Notes: generated from the letters alone by a model not told the origin. Positions 26,158 through 33,710 are shown, numbered from the stretch's first letter. The stretch is 41,693 nucleotides of DNA from a virus (IMGVR_UViG_3300049009_000456:1-41693); one strand, 5' to 3'. Numbers and translations are program-made.

Positions 26158-27033
26158 TCACCAAGCCGGGATGTAGCGAGTGGTGCCGTTGTCGATGATC
26201 TTGATCCACGTTGTCGGATTACCAGCAGCGGGCGCATTGGTCAGCGTGCCGACCTGAGCGCCCGCGCCGCTGGTGAACGTGCCCGTCGATGTGAGCGCGG
26301 CTGTCGTGACGCCCGGAACCGTTAGCACACCGCCGAGGGTGAGGGAGGTAGAGATAGCCACCGCATTGGTCGTCGCGGCGAACGTCAGAACAGCGGCGTT
26401 GTTTGCGCCTATGCCAAGCGTGCCGCCTGCAACCGTGTTCAAAATCAAAGAGGCATCTGTCGCACTATTATGGGCAACTTGGAAACCAGCCGAGTTGCTA
26501 AGACCGCCGAAGACTCGAAACGTCGCTGTGGCGTTTCCAGATGCCGCACCTGCTATGGTTGTACTCCCAATTACAGACGAAGTGCCTGTAGCGGCAAATG
26601 CCGCCATAGTTGTAAGACCGCTAAACGTCGCCGCACCAGCCGTGATCGGTGCGTCTGCGCTGTCGTCTGCAAGCCGGAAGTTAAGTGCAGTGGCGTTGCG
26701 CTTGATCGCCGGGAAGCTCGACGTGGTGCCGCCGAATTGGAGGCGGGAGAAGTCGGTCTGTGCGTTGTTCAAAAGTTTAATGACGCCATCGGACGGCGAT
26801 GCCATCAAAGACCGAGCATTCCAATAAAAACTTCCACCAGCAGCCGCTTGGAACGCAGTTGAAGTATTGGTGTATCCCGTTGAGTCCACGTTGCCGGTGA
26901 AATGGGTCGTGCCCGTCACCGCGAGCGCATGGGAGCCGAGGCTCGCGCCGCCTAGGGCGAGGGAGGGCGCAACCTGCGCGCCCGTGAAGGTGTTCGCGCC
27001 GAGGGTGGCTTGGCCGCCATTTATGCGGATCAT
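26158..27033 (-). CDS. Secondary fibre/spike-like structural protein
   Basis: Thr/Ala/Gly-rich; ANTFTGAQ; C-terminal WIKIIDNGTTRYIPAW. Confidence 0.7.
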   Translation of the reverse strand: MIRINGGQATLGANTFTGAQVAPSLALGGASLGSHALAVTGTTHFTGNVDSTGYTNTSTAFQAAAGGSFYWNARSLMASPSDGVIKLLNNAQTDFSRLQFGGTTSSFPAIKRNATALNFRLADDSADAPITAGAATFSGLTTMAAFAATGTSSVIGSTTIAGAASGNATATFRVFGGLSNSAGFQVAHNSATDASLILNTVAGGTLGIGANNAAVLTFAATTNAVAISTSLTLGGVLTVPGVTTAALTSTGTFTSGAGAQVGTLTNAPAAGNPTTWIKIIDNGTTRYIPAW

Positions 27034-27036
27034 GTT

Positions 27037-27324
27037 TTAGGCCCCCGTGTAGACGGTGAGAACCTGGGTATTCGTGCCAATCTGCGTCATGGCGGACTGA
27101 GCGGCTTTGCCCGTGATCTCGATAGTCGCGCCCGGTCCAAGCGGGATGCCTGCGGTGAGTGCCGCCGTGCCGCCCGTGGGGTCGATTGCGGCGGTCGCGT
27201 TCGCTGCCGGATTTGATACGATCACAAAGGCACGCGCCGGGTCCGCCGCTACCAGGACGCCCGACGAACCCGTCATCGTCACCGCGGCTTTGGTCAGTTT
27301 TGCGTTGTTACCGGAGAGGGGCAT
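27037..27324 (-). CDS. Small beta-rich putative virion protein
   Basis: LVAADPARAFVIVSN...GIPLGPGATIEI. Confidence 0.75.
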   Translation of the reverse strand: MPLSGNNAKLTKAAVTMTGSSGVLVAADPARAFVIVSNPAANATAAIDPTGGTAALTAGIPLGPGATIEITGKAAQSAMTQIGTNTQVLTVYTGA

Positions 27325-27332
27325 GTTGGTTC

Positions 27333-27473
27333 CTAGGCGTATGCGGTTGCGAGCGCGGCGTTGGCGGTAGGGGCCACGCCGTTCGCCGTGTTGAGGGTCG
27401 TCGCAGCCGTAGTAGCCACGCCATTGGCGGTATTGAGAACACCCGCGGAGATATTTGCTGAGTAGGCCGACAT
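27333..27473 (-). CDS. 46-aa Ala/Thr/Asn peptide with a duplicated LNTANGVA motif
   Basis: TAATG-coupled to the upstream gene, fills the gap to the next RBS; not in the ORF track. Confidence 0.7.
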   Translation of the reverse strand: MSAYSANISAGVLNTANGVATTAATTLNTANGVAPTANAALATAYA

Positions 27474-27745
27474 TATGCGCCCCCGAGGAGGGTCTTGCGG
27501 GTCTTCAGGCCCCCGAAGCCCGAGCCGCTATCGGCGGCGGTAATGAGAGATGAAGCGGCGCCCTGGCGGTTGGCCTGGTCGGCCATCGACTTGTTCTTGG
27601 CGGCCTCCGCGGCCTGGCGTTCCTGCTCGCGAACTTCAGACGCGCTCGGGCCAGAGTTGAAATACTGCTGTTGCTGCTGTTGGCCACCGCCAAACAGCCG
27701 CACGATGGGGGCGAAGATGGCGCCAACGTCATAACGGACTTGCAT
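27473..27745 (-). CDS. gp7.3/Bbp22-like small virion/ejection protein
   Basis: MQVRYDVGAIF..FGGGQQQQQQ...RQGAASSLIT...KTLLGGA. Confidence 0.8.
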   Translation of the reverse strand: MQVRYDVGAIFAPIVRLFGGGQQQQQQYFNSGPSASEVREQERQAAEAAKNKSMADQANRQGAASSLITAADSGSGFGGLKTRKTLLGGA

Positions 27746-27781
27746 AGCCCGGACTGTATCACCGGGGAGCCTAGCCGTCAA
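27746..27781 (-). promoter_or_regulatory. Leaderless sigma70-type promoter of the structural operon
   Basis: TTGACG-N17-TACAGT with extended TG; ATG 7 nt downstream; no SD. Confidence 0.65.
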
Positions 27782-27989
27782 ACTCGACGGTGTCCTTGCG
27801 GGCGAAGCGCTTCCCGTGCAGCGCCCACCAGCGCGCCTTGCCGCTTTCACCGCGCTCGTCGGGGGGCAGGAAGTTCTGCGACAGGGGGTTGTCGCTGTCG
27901 TCGCGCCCGCTCGATCCCACTCCTCGCTGGGTGGAGGAGTGGTACTTGATGCGGCGCGGGCGAATGGCCTCGCTGGGCTTGTCAGCCAT
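27771..27989 (-). CDS. Hypothetical protein, 72 aa
   Basis: Tiles the operon; normal codon usage. Confidence 0.65.
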   Translation of the reverse strand: MADKPSEAIRPRRIKYHSSTQRGVGSSGRDDSDNPLSQNFLPPDERGESGKARWWALHGKRFARKDTVEFDG

Positions 27990-28146
27990 CGACCGAAGGC
28001 CACCAGGTTTCCGGGGAGCCGCACTCGGGGCAGCAATCCGGGATCGGAGAGCGCGGGTTGGGCTTCAGCTCCTTGACCGCGCCTACCCACCCACAGTCGT
28101 CGCAGGTAGCAAACTCGTTCTTGTTCTCATCCTTTGGCGACGGCAT
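27982..28146 (-). CDS. 54-aa zinc-ribbon protein (CDDC...CPEC)
   Basis: AAGGA SD; MPSPKDENKNEFATCDDCGW...CCPECGSPETWW; not in the ORF track. Confidence 0.75.
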   Translation of the reverse strand: MPSPKDENKNEFATCDDCGWVGAVKELKPNPRSPIPDCCPECGSPETWWPSVDG

Positions 28147-28648
28147 CCATCTGATCCTTCAGCTTGAGTTTCCGGAGGGAGAACGCCCAGCGCAAGGCGC
28201 GCTCGTAGCCGGGGTTGTTCTTGCACCCCCGCATGTGGGCCGCGAACGAAGCCCGCTCGGACGGCTCCAGGGTACGCCAGCGCCCGGCGTTCACGTCGGC
28301 TAGTAACGCGAAGGCTTCGGCCTGCTCGTGGCCCCAGTCCCGGCTGACGGGGTATAGACGGTCGTGAACGGCATGCCCGATTTCATGTACGAGTTGTGCA
28401 ACTCCCGCCGTCGCAGGGCAGAAAAGGAATGAGGTAGTAGCAGCACTGTCGGAAACGAAAGCTGGTCTTCCGGAATGAACAGGTCCAGTTGGACGGGTAA
28501 AGCCCCATTGGGTGACGAGTTCTTCGACATACTCACTCCTGAAGTAATCATCCACGATCCTGACGCCCTTGAGGCCCGCCCACAGATGGTTGCCCCACAC
28601 GCAGTGGGCGACCATCATCTCCGCGCCGGTAGCACTACGAAACTGCAT
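28127..28648 (-). CDS. HExxH zinc metallopeptidase-like protein (ImmA/IrrE-like)
   Basis: LVHEIGHAVH then HEQAEAFA; start overlaps the terL stop (TGATG). Confidence 0.7.
   Translation of the reverse strand: MQFRSATGAEMMVAHCVWGNHLWAGLKGVRIVDDYFRSEYVEELVTQWGFTRPTGPVHSGRPAFVSDSAATTSFLFCPATAGVAQLVHEIGHAVHDRLYPVSRDWGHEQAEAFALLADVNAGRWRTLEPSERASFAAHMRGCKNNPGYERALRWAFSLRKLKLKDQMDAVAKG
28300..28530 (-). CDS. Candidate overprinted 76-aa protein with a QLDLF motif (+1 frame)
   Basis: AGGAG at 28540-28536, ATG 5 nt later; VQLDLFIPEDQLSF; codon-anomaly patch in the host gene. Confidence 0.6.
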   Translation of the reverse strand: MSKNSSPNGALPVQLDLFIPEDQLSFPTVLLLPHSFSALRRRELHNSYMKSGMPFTTVYTPSAGTGATSRPKPSRY

Positions 28649-30099
28649 CACATTTCCGCCGTTGATTGGGAATGATCCTGGCCCGCCTCGGGAGCAAAAC
28701 GACGCAACCCCATGGCCAGGGTCCTCAGTGCATCCGCACTGTGAGATGTCCAATCGTGCTTGGGCTTCTGCCGGAATACCTGTTGCCGTTCATCATACTC
28801 TCGGTGGTACAGAGCCACGCGGTCAAGGCCATCTTGCGTGCTGCTGGCGTCGAAGAGGCATCTTGGCAGAAGCATTCGTACTGATGCAATGCCGTCCTCC
28901 ACGTTGGCGCGCGGAACAGTGACGCCGCGAACTCCAAGGGCACGGAGGACCGAGGCTCGCGATTTTCCGCTGCCCAGCTCCGTAACTTCGACATCGTGAG
29001 GCCAGTAGTGTCTGCCATAGCGATAACCCTTCTTCTCCAGAATGTCGGCGTAGTGGTCTAGCGCGGCGCCGCTAGCTTCATAGTAATCGATGACCCGCAC
29101 TTCGTTAGCGACACATTGTACGAACCAGATAGCCGTACAGTCGTCGAAGCCAAGGTCCCATCCGGTGTGGACCGGAAGGAGCGGATTGTAGGGCACCGCA
29201 CGGATACGGTCACGATCCTTGAGTTCGGCAAGCTGCTTGGCGTAGATGGCGCCCTTGACGGCGGCGTCCCAACTGCACTCGTACTCCTGCTCGTAGGCGT
29301 CGTCATCGTTCATGTCCATCTTGGCCAGGCGAAGCTCCTCGGGATTGAGGACACCAGTCTGGCTGGCCTTCCACAACTCCGCGGCCCAGTCACTACGATA
29401 GACGATTTCCTCGCCCGCCGCACTGTCGATCTCGCCGCCACCCATCTTGGCGCCGAGCCCTTGAGCCCACAACTCCGCGCGGCGGTGCATGTGGTGAGCA
29501 TGGTTGCGCCCGAAGGGCGTCGTCATAAAGATCGCCCACTGGTTCGGGTCGAGGCGATTGTCGAAGCCGTTACGGTTTACGTCCGACAGCATCGGGCGGA
29601 CCTGCTGGGTCCACACATGCGGTGGTATCTGCGCCCACTCGTCGAACACGACACCATCGAGGTACATCCCGCGTAGGCGTTGCTTGGGTGTATCCGTCCC
29701 ATAAAGGGCAATCTGCGCACGTCCACCCAAACGGGTGGGTAACTCGACAGTGAGCTTGCTCTCCATCTTCTCCGCGGTTGGTATCCTGTCCGCGAAGTCC
29801 TTCAGGTACGTCCATGCAATGTTCCTCGCCATGTCATAGGTCGGCGCCAGGTAAGCGTACCGCCCGTTGGTGAAAGGACACTCGATCGCTTTCTCGCCCA
29901 GCGCGTTCACGGCCAGGACCGACTTCCCGAAGCGCCTGTGGACCACCCACGAGTTGAAGCGCTTCATGCGCTCGTACATCTGGCCCTGCAAGGGGCGCGG
30001 GATGAAGCGCGTCAGCTCGCGGATATCTTCCGGCAGGTCGACGATGCGGTTGTTCTGTGTGGCTTTTACGATAGCCGCAACCTTGGCAACGAGGCTCAA
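28648..30099 (-). CDS. terL: Terminase large subunit
   Basis: VHRRFGKS (Walker A), YLAPT, LRGMYLDGVVFDE (Walker B), TTPFGRN, GWDLG, HDWTSHSADALR. Confidence 0.95.
   Translation of the reverse strand: MSLVAKVAAIVKATQNNRIVDLPEDIRELTRFIPRPLQGQMYERMKRFNSWVVHRRFGKSVLAVNALGEKAIECPFTNGRYAYLAPTYDMARNIAWTYLKDFADRIPTAEKMESKLTVELPTRLGGRAQIALYGTDTPKQRLRGMYLDGVVFDEWAQIPPHVWTQQVRPMLSDVNRNGFDNRLDPNQWAIFMTTPFGRNHAHHMHRRAELWAQGLGAKMGGGEIDSAAGEEIVYRSDWAAELWKASQTGVLNPEELRLAKMDMNDDDAYEQEYECSWDAAVKGAIYAKQLAELKDRDRIRAVPYNPLLPVHTGWDLGFDDCTAIWFVQCVANEVRVIDYYEASGAALDHYADILEKKGYRYGRHYWPHDVEVTELGSGKSRASVLRALGVRGVTVPRANVEDGIASVRMLLPRCLFDASSTQDGLDRVALYHREYDERQQVFRQKPKHDWTSHSADALRTLAMGLRRFAPEAGQDHSQSTAEM
28725..29018 (-). 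CDS. Candidate overprinted 97-aa ORF (+1 frame in terL)
   Basis: AAGGG 8 nt upstream; spans the T/A-ending codon patch of the nuclease domain. Confidence 0.45.
   Translation of the reverse strand: MADTTGLTMSKLRSWAAENREPRSSVPLEFAASLFRAPTWRTALHQYECFCQDASSTPAARKMALTAWLCTTESMMNGNRYSGRSPSTIGHLTVRMH
29570..29815 (-). CDS. Candidate overprinted 81-aa Cys-rich ORF (+2 frame in terL)
   Basis: GAGGA 7 nt upstream; HC...WTCADCPLW...WC...C; matches a codon patch. Confidence 0.5.
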   Translation of the reverse strand: MDVPEGLRGQDTNRGEDGEQAHCRVTHPFGWTCADCPLWDGYTQATPTRDVPRWCRVRRVGADTTACVDPAGPPDAVGRKP

Positions 30100-30263
30100 A
30101 GGTTACACAACCTCGCGTACTCGTCGGGCGACACCCACGCCTTGCTGTCCGCGTGCCAGGCCACCGTCATAAGAGCGTTGGTCAGTAAGACCGGCCTGGC
30201 CGCGATCGTCTCCAGCGCGACTACTTCCCGCCTACGCAGGTCGTCCGCTTCTTCTGTTGTCAC
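30096..30263 (-). CDS. 55-aa hypothetical protein
   Basis: GGAGGAG SD, GTG start overlapping the upstream stop, TGA overlapping the terL TTG. Confidence 0.7.
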   Translation of the reverse strand: MTTEEADDLRRREVVALETIAARPVLLTNALMTVAWHADSKAWVSPDEYARLCNL

Positions 30264-30526
30264 TTCAGCTCCTCCAGATCGACAATGTACGCCTTCGGTA
30301 CGCAGACGTCACCGCCCGACGAACCGTCCTCCTCGCAGATCGAGGCCACGAGGACGATGAACTTCTCCGTCTCCTTGGCCACGAAGCCCACCGACTGTAT
30401 CAACGCCGGGCCAGATGCCTGTATCTCCTCCCACGGCGTCCACCCGCCGCTCTCCTGGCTGGATGCGTCCTCCCACCGGATACGGACGAGGCGGGTGGGC
30501 ATCGTGAAGTGTGTCTCAGCCATCAT
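30260..30526 (-). CDS. Small phage protein (VRIRWEDA...SVGF...VP pattern)
   Basis: Pattern recalled from small genes near terminases. Confidence 0.8.
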   Translation of the reverse strand: MMAETHFTMPTRLVRIRWEDASSQESGGWTPWEEIQASGPALIQSVGFVAKETEKFIVLVASICEEDGSSGGDVCVPKAYIVDLEELK

Positions 30527-30538
30527 CTATTGTAGCAC

Positions 30539-30991
30539 CTAAAACTGGTTCTCGTCCATCCAGTCGGCTATCTTCCGCAGCTCCTCGGCGGTGGCGTTGT
30601 TCTTGAGGGTGTTCGCGCGGTAACTGATAACCTGCACGTTGCCTTTTATGTACCCGTACTCATTGTGAATACGGTCGAGGGAAGGGGAGTATGCCGCCCC
30701 GGTCTTTTGCCCGGTGGCTACCTCCAGCCTCAACCCTAAGATCGGGCAATGGGTGGGGATGTCGACGTCTTCCACTGTAATATCGAAGCCTAGCCCTCGC
30801 TTCTTTGCCCTACGGCGCGCTTCTGCGTATAAGCGGCGCGGGAGATTTTCTATGTACTTGGCCGCGCGCCGACCAGGCTGACGACACGACTTGCGCCGCA
30901 TCATTGCTTGGTATTTAGCCCAGCGTGCGGGGTCGGCCTTCATACGCGCGTAGGCTTCTTTGGATTTATTTTTGATTGCGATATCATTCAT
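30539..30991 (-). CDS. Free-standing HNH-type endonuclease
   Basis: CPILG...SPSLDRIHNEYGYIKGNVQVISYRANTLK. Confidence 0.85.
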   Translation of the reverse strand: MNDIAIKNKSKEAYARMKADPARWAKYQAMMRRKSCRQPGRRAAKYIENLPRRLYAEARRRAKKRGLGFDITVEDVDIPTHCPILGLRLEVATGQKTGAAYSPSLDRIHNEYGYIKGNVQVISYRANTLKNNATAEELRKIADWMDENQF

Positions 30992-31027
30992 TATTGGGTC
31001 ATATCATATCTTTGGACCCAAAGTCAA
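30992..31027 (-). promoter_or_regulatory. Putative leaderless promoter for the HNH-terL operon with a TTGGGTC/GACCCAA inverted repeat
   Basis: TTGACT-N18-TATGAC, 6 nt to ATG. Confidence 0.5.
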
Positions 31028-31164
31028 ATTAGCTTTTGAATTTTGGCCCTAGTCCTAAAATATTTTTCAGAAAACGCCCTCGTATATTCTGGGGCGAAAG
31101 GGCGGGGCTATGGGACCCGCGCCTGGCTCGGGCCACCCCCTTCCGCGATCGCCGGATTTCAGCC

Positions 31165-31202
31165 TGGTACGTTATAACATTGCAAGAGGGGTGAGCGCTC
31201 AC
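31165..31202. repeat. Motif cluster 1: TGGTACGTTATAACA plus GTGAGCGCTCAC palindrome
   Basis: 15-mer identical to 33867..33881. Confidence 0.8.
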
Positions 31203-31322
31203 TCACTAAGGGCGGACCTAACCGCCTAGGGGGATAGATGTTCCATAATACATCTTATACGATCATGATGCCGATAGCCCAATGGTATCAAGGGCTTAGC
31301 CCATTGTGGCCAGGTCGCAGGC

Positions 31323-31348
31323 AAAGAAAAACCCCGCACAAGGCGGGG
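31323..31348 (-). terminator. Terminator ending the early island
   Basis: CCCCGC/GCGGGG stem then TTTTTCTTT on the - strand. Confidence 0.8.
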
Positions 31349-31373
31349 CTAGGCTAGATGTAGGGGCTAGGGG

Positions 31374-31562
31374 CTAGTCTTCGTCGCTTTGACCTGCCAA
31401 GACGCGCAGTTCGCCGTCTTCGAAGCCCATCTCATAAGCGGCTTGGAGCTCGATTACTTTTAGTAACTGAAAAAATGGGCTTGCCTGAACCACGGGAACG
31501 GCGCCCTCAAGGGCTTTGTAACATTCTGTAACATTCGACATGATAAATCTCCGGTCAATCAA
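31374..31562 (-). CDS. Early hypothetical protein
   Basis: Coupled to the upstream ORF; AAYEMG motif. Confidence 0.6.
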   Translation of the reverse strand: MIDRRFIMSNVTECYKALEGAVPVVQASPFFQLLKVIELQAAYEMGFEDGELRVLAGQSDED

Positions 31563-31789
31563 GGGGCTAGAATGCGCTGCACATGCCGCAAAACCGCCTT
31601 TGGATCGTCAAAGACGGGCGACGGCGCGGGGTAGCGTGCGTCAATGTCCAGCTTATTGGGGAGGAACGTCCAGCCTTCACGCCTGCCGATACTGGCAATG
31701 GCCGGAAAGTAGTTCACAAACCCAATGACGCGTCGGCCCTGCAATACCTTACGGTGATTTGTGCTCGATACTGTTTCCATGGTGATCAT
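31559..31789 (-). CDS. Early hypothetical protein
   Basis: GAAGGGA SD; candidate promoter TTGCAT-N17-TAATGA at 31849..31821. Confidence 0.7.
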   Translation of the reverse strand: MITMETVSSTNHRKVLQGRRVIGFVNYFPAIASIGRREGWTFLPNKLDIDARYPAPSPVFDDPKAVLRHVQRILAP

Positions 31790-31851
31790 TTCAATATCCC
31801 TTCAATGTTCGCTCGCCCCATCATTAGGGCAACGGCGCACGCCATGCAAGC

Positions 31852-31883
31852 AAGAAAAAAGCCCCGAGGGTAATCCGGGCTTT
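31852..31883 (-). terminator. Internal terminator in the early island
   Basis: Imperfect GC hairpin (GCCCG/CGGGGC) then TTTTTTCTT on the - strand. Confidence 0.65.
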
Positions 31884-31887
31884 CCTC

Positions 31888-31980
31888 TCACATGATCCAG
31901 CCTAGCGCCATGATGGCCAGCGCTATAGCTGCCATGGTGGCCAGCGCCTCCTGGCCTTCTATGATATGGCGCGGTTTCAT
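31888..31980 (-). CDS. 30-aa single-TM peptide (MKPRHIIEGQEALATMAAIALAIMALGWIM)
   Basis: ATGA-coupled, AAGGGTG SD. Confidence 0.6.
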   Translation of the reverse strand: MKPRHIIEGQEALATMAAIALAIMALGWIM

Positions 31981-32192
31981 CTTTCACCCTTTGCAATTTG
32001 GCGCGTTACCTCACCATTACGTTCCCTCACAAAAGCGGGCGGCGCTTGTGGCGTACCGCGCACTAGGTCGCAAAGTTTCTCCGCCGCATCATACGCCGCG
32101 TCCGCGTCACGGCGCTTAGTGACCTTGAAAATATCGAGAACGGAAAAGCGGCCGTATCTGTTGACCATAACGGCCTCGAAATAGTGTTTCAT
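31977..32192 (-). CDS. Early hypothetical protein
   Basis: GGAGGG SD, ATGA coupling. Confidence 0.75.
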   Translation of the reverse strand: MKHYFEAVMVNRYGRFSVLDIFKVTKRRDADAAYDAAEKLCDLVRGTPQAPPAFVRERNGEVTRQIAKGER

Positions 32193-32386
32193 GACCTAGC
32201 CCTCCGGTGCAGCAATCCCCGCGCCGCATCCCATGCTATCGCCGCTTTACGGCTGCGGGGGGCTTCCATGACATCTACCAGCCGCGCCAAGATATTGTGA
32301 TATTCCAGAACATCATCCAGCCGCTCCAGCATTTCGGTGCGCCGTTCTTGCGCCTTTCCACGTTCTTTTGGATTTAGGTATTCCAT
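32189..32386 (-). CDS. Early hypothetical protein
   Basis: G-rich SD, tiles the operon. Confidence 0.75.
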   Translation of the reverse strand: MEYLNPKERGKAQERRTEMLERLDDVLEYHNILARLVDVMEAPRSRKAAIAWDAARGLLHRRARS

Positions 32387-32389
32387 AGC

Positions 32390-32563
32390 CTATTCCCCCC
32401 GCTCTTCGATGTCCGCGCGTGGTGCCAGGATGCCCGGTCGACGCTGGTTGGCATCCTGCATTGCAATAAGCGCGTCGACCGGCATGGGGCCGACCGGGCT
32501 ATAGCGCGCGAGGAAACGCGCCAGCGGCGCCGCGTCGTTATCGTCGTGAATATGCTTTGCCAT
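32390..32563 (-). CDS. Early hypothetical protein, 57 aa
   Basis: ATG directly after the upstream stop. Confidence 0.65.
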   Translation of the reverse strand: MAKHIHDDNDAAPLARFLARYSPVGPMPVDALIAMQDANQRRPGILAPRADIEERGE

Positions 32564-32564
32564 G

Positions 32565-32876
32565 TCACCAGACTCCCATTGCTTCAAGTTTAATACGGTC
32601 GAGGTCGCAGACCTTGGCAAGCGCTGGCCTGGCGTCGAAATAGTCGTTTACCTCACGCCACACCACACGTTGTTCCGCATTGGCCATCAAAAGCGCGCCA
32701 ATGCTTACCTTGTAGGGGTTGCATGACATCATAGCCACATGCCAGGCAATATAGGGCAGTCCCATGCATCCCTTGGGGGCGCTAGCTAGCAGCAATCCCT
32801 TGCGTTTCCCCTTAGTCGCAAAGCATGCCATTAGCGCGGCACGCGATGCGGGGGAAAGTGTTGGTTTGTCCGTCAT
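32565..32876 (-). CDS. Early hypothetical protein
   Basis: GGAG SD; tiles the operon. Confidence 0.75.
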   Translation of the reverse strand: MTDKPTLSPASRAALMACFATKGKRKGLLLASAPKGCMGLPYIAWHVAMMSCNPYKVSIGALLMANAEQRVVWREVNDYFDARPALAKVCDLDRIKLEAMGVW

Positions 32877-32879
32877 AGC

Positions 32880-33632
32880 CTATCTCCCCGCCTTGAACAT
32901 GTTAGCCCCCGCGCCATGGGCGACGATGGCGATAGACTTGGCCGCGACGCTAGCCCCACCACACAGGCCGCACTTGTCGCACGTGGTCCGGTACCCGGCC
33001 TCTGCACTGGCAGGGCACAACACCTCTTTGTGGCGCACGATATCGGAGCGGTCCCAAATCACCCTAAACGTGCGCGCACCAGCATTCCAAGCTTGCCAAG
33101 CCGCACTTTCGCTGTCAGCCGATACCATGTAGCGCGATGCATCGTAGGTCGATTGCGCCATGCCGCTTTGGTGGCTGTATGCCGTGTGGCCAGCCGCTTG
33201 TGACAGCAAACTATCCCAAACGTATGAAGGAACCGCCGCGCCGTCGCCATAGGTGCCAATGCGCACCATACGGTCCGCGCCAATCGCCGCGATTGCCTTG
33301 TGACCTGTGGCCACAGGATAGATGCCGCGCAACATGGATTTGTAGACTATGAGCGGACCTTGATCTATGCGCACATAACAGGTCCGGCCAGTAGCTAGCC
33401 CCGTGACGTAGTTATTGGGCGAACCACGGTGCGGGCAGGTACCGCAGATGGAAGCATCTTGGCCAGTGCGATTAGCTTCACGAGGGTCAATGTCGGCACG
33501 CAGGATATAGGTCTGCACCATGTCAGCGGTCTTTGAGTTTTTTGACCGCGATATGGCAATGGCCACAATGGGCGCGCCATCAAGGGCGCTAGGCCCTTTG
33601 TATATGATAAAACCCGTAGGCTTTTTGATCAT
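32880..33632 (-). CDS. Cys-rich GP88-related (radical-SAM-like, Fe-S) early protein
   Basis: NSKT, CGTCP...CY, VRIGTYGD, AYSH, CPA...TCDKCGLC...IAIVAHG; GAGGAG SD. Confidence 0.65.
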   Translation of the reverse strand: MIKKPTGFIIYKGPSALDGAPIVAIAISRSKNSKTADMVQTYILRADIDPREANRTGQDASICGTCPHRGSPNNYVTGLATGRTCYVRIDQGPLIVYKSMLRGIYPVATGHKAIAAIGADRMVRIGTYGDGAAVPSYVWDSLLSQAAGHTAYSHQSGMAQSTYDASRYMVSADSESAAWQAWNAGARTFRVIWDRSDIVRHKEVLCPASAEAGYRTTCDKCGLCGGASVAAKSIAIVAHGAGANMFKAGR

Positions 33633-33710
33633 TTGTCTAGCTCCTCAATAGTGCTACAATAGACGGTCAAACCGTCGATAAGCGGCCCGGAATGTCCTGC
33701 CCGCAGAAAC

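Noticed and set aside
27473-28090. 205-aa ORF as listed in the track
   Set aside because: The upstream part overlaps two better-supported small genes; the promoter and family pattern place the start at 27745.
31191-31202. GTGAGCGCTCAC matches the core of the symmetric lac operator (vector contamination?)
   Set aside because: The AATT flanks are absent and a related palindrome occurs at 33850, so it is a native motif.
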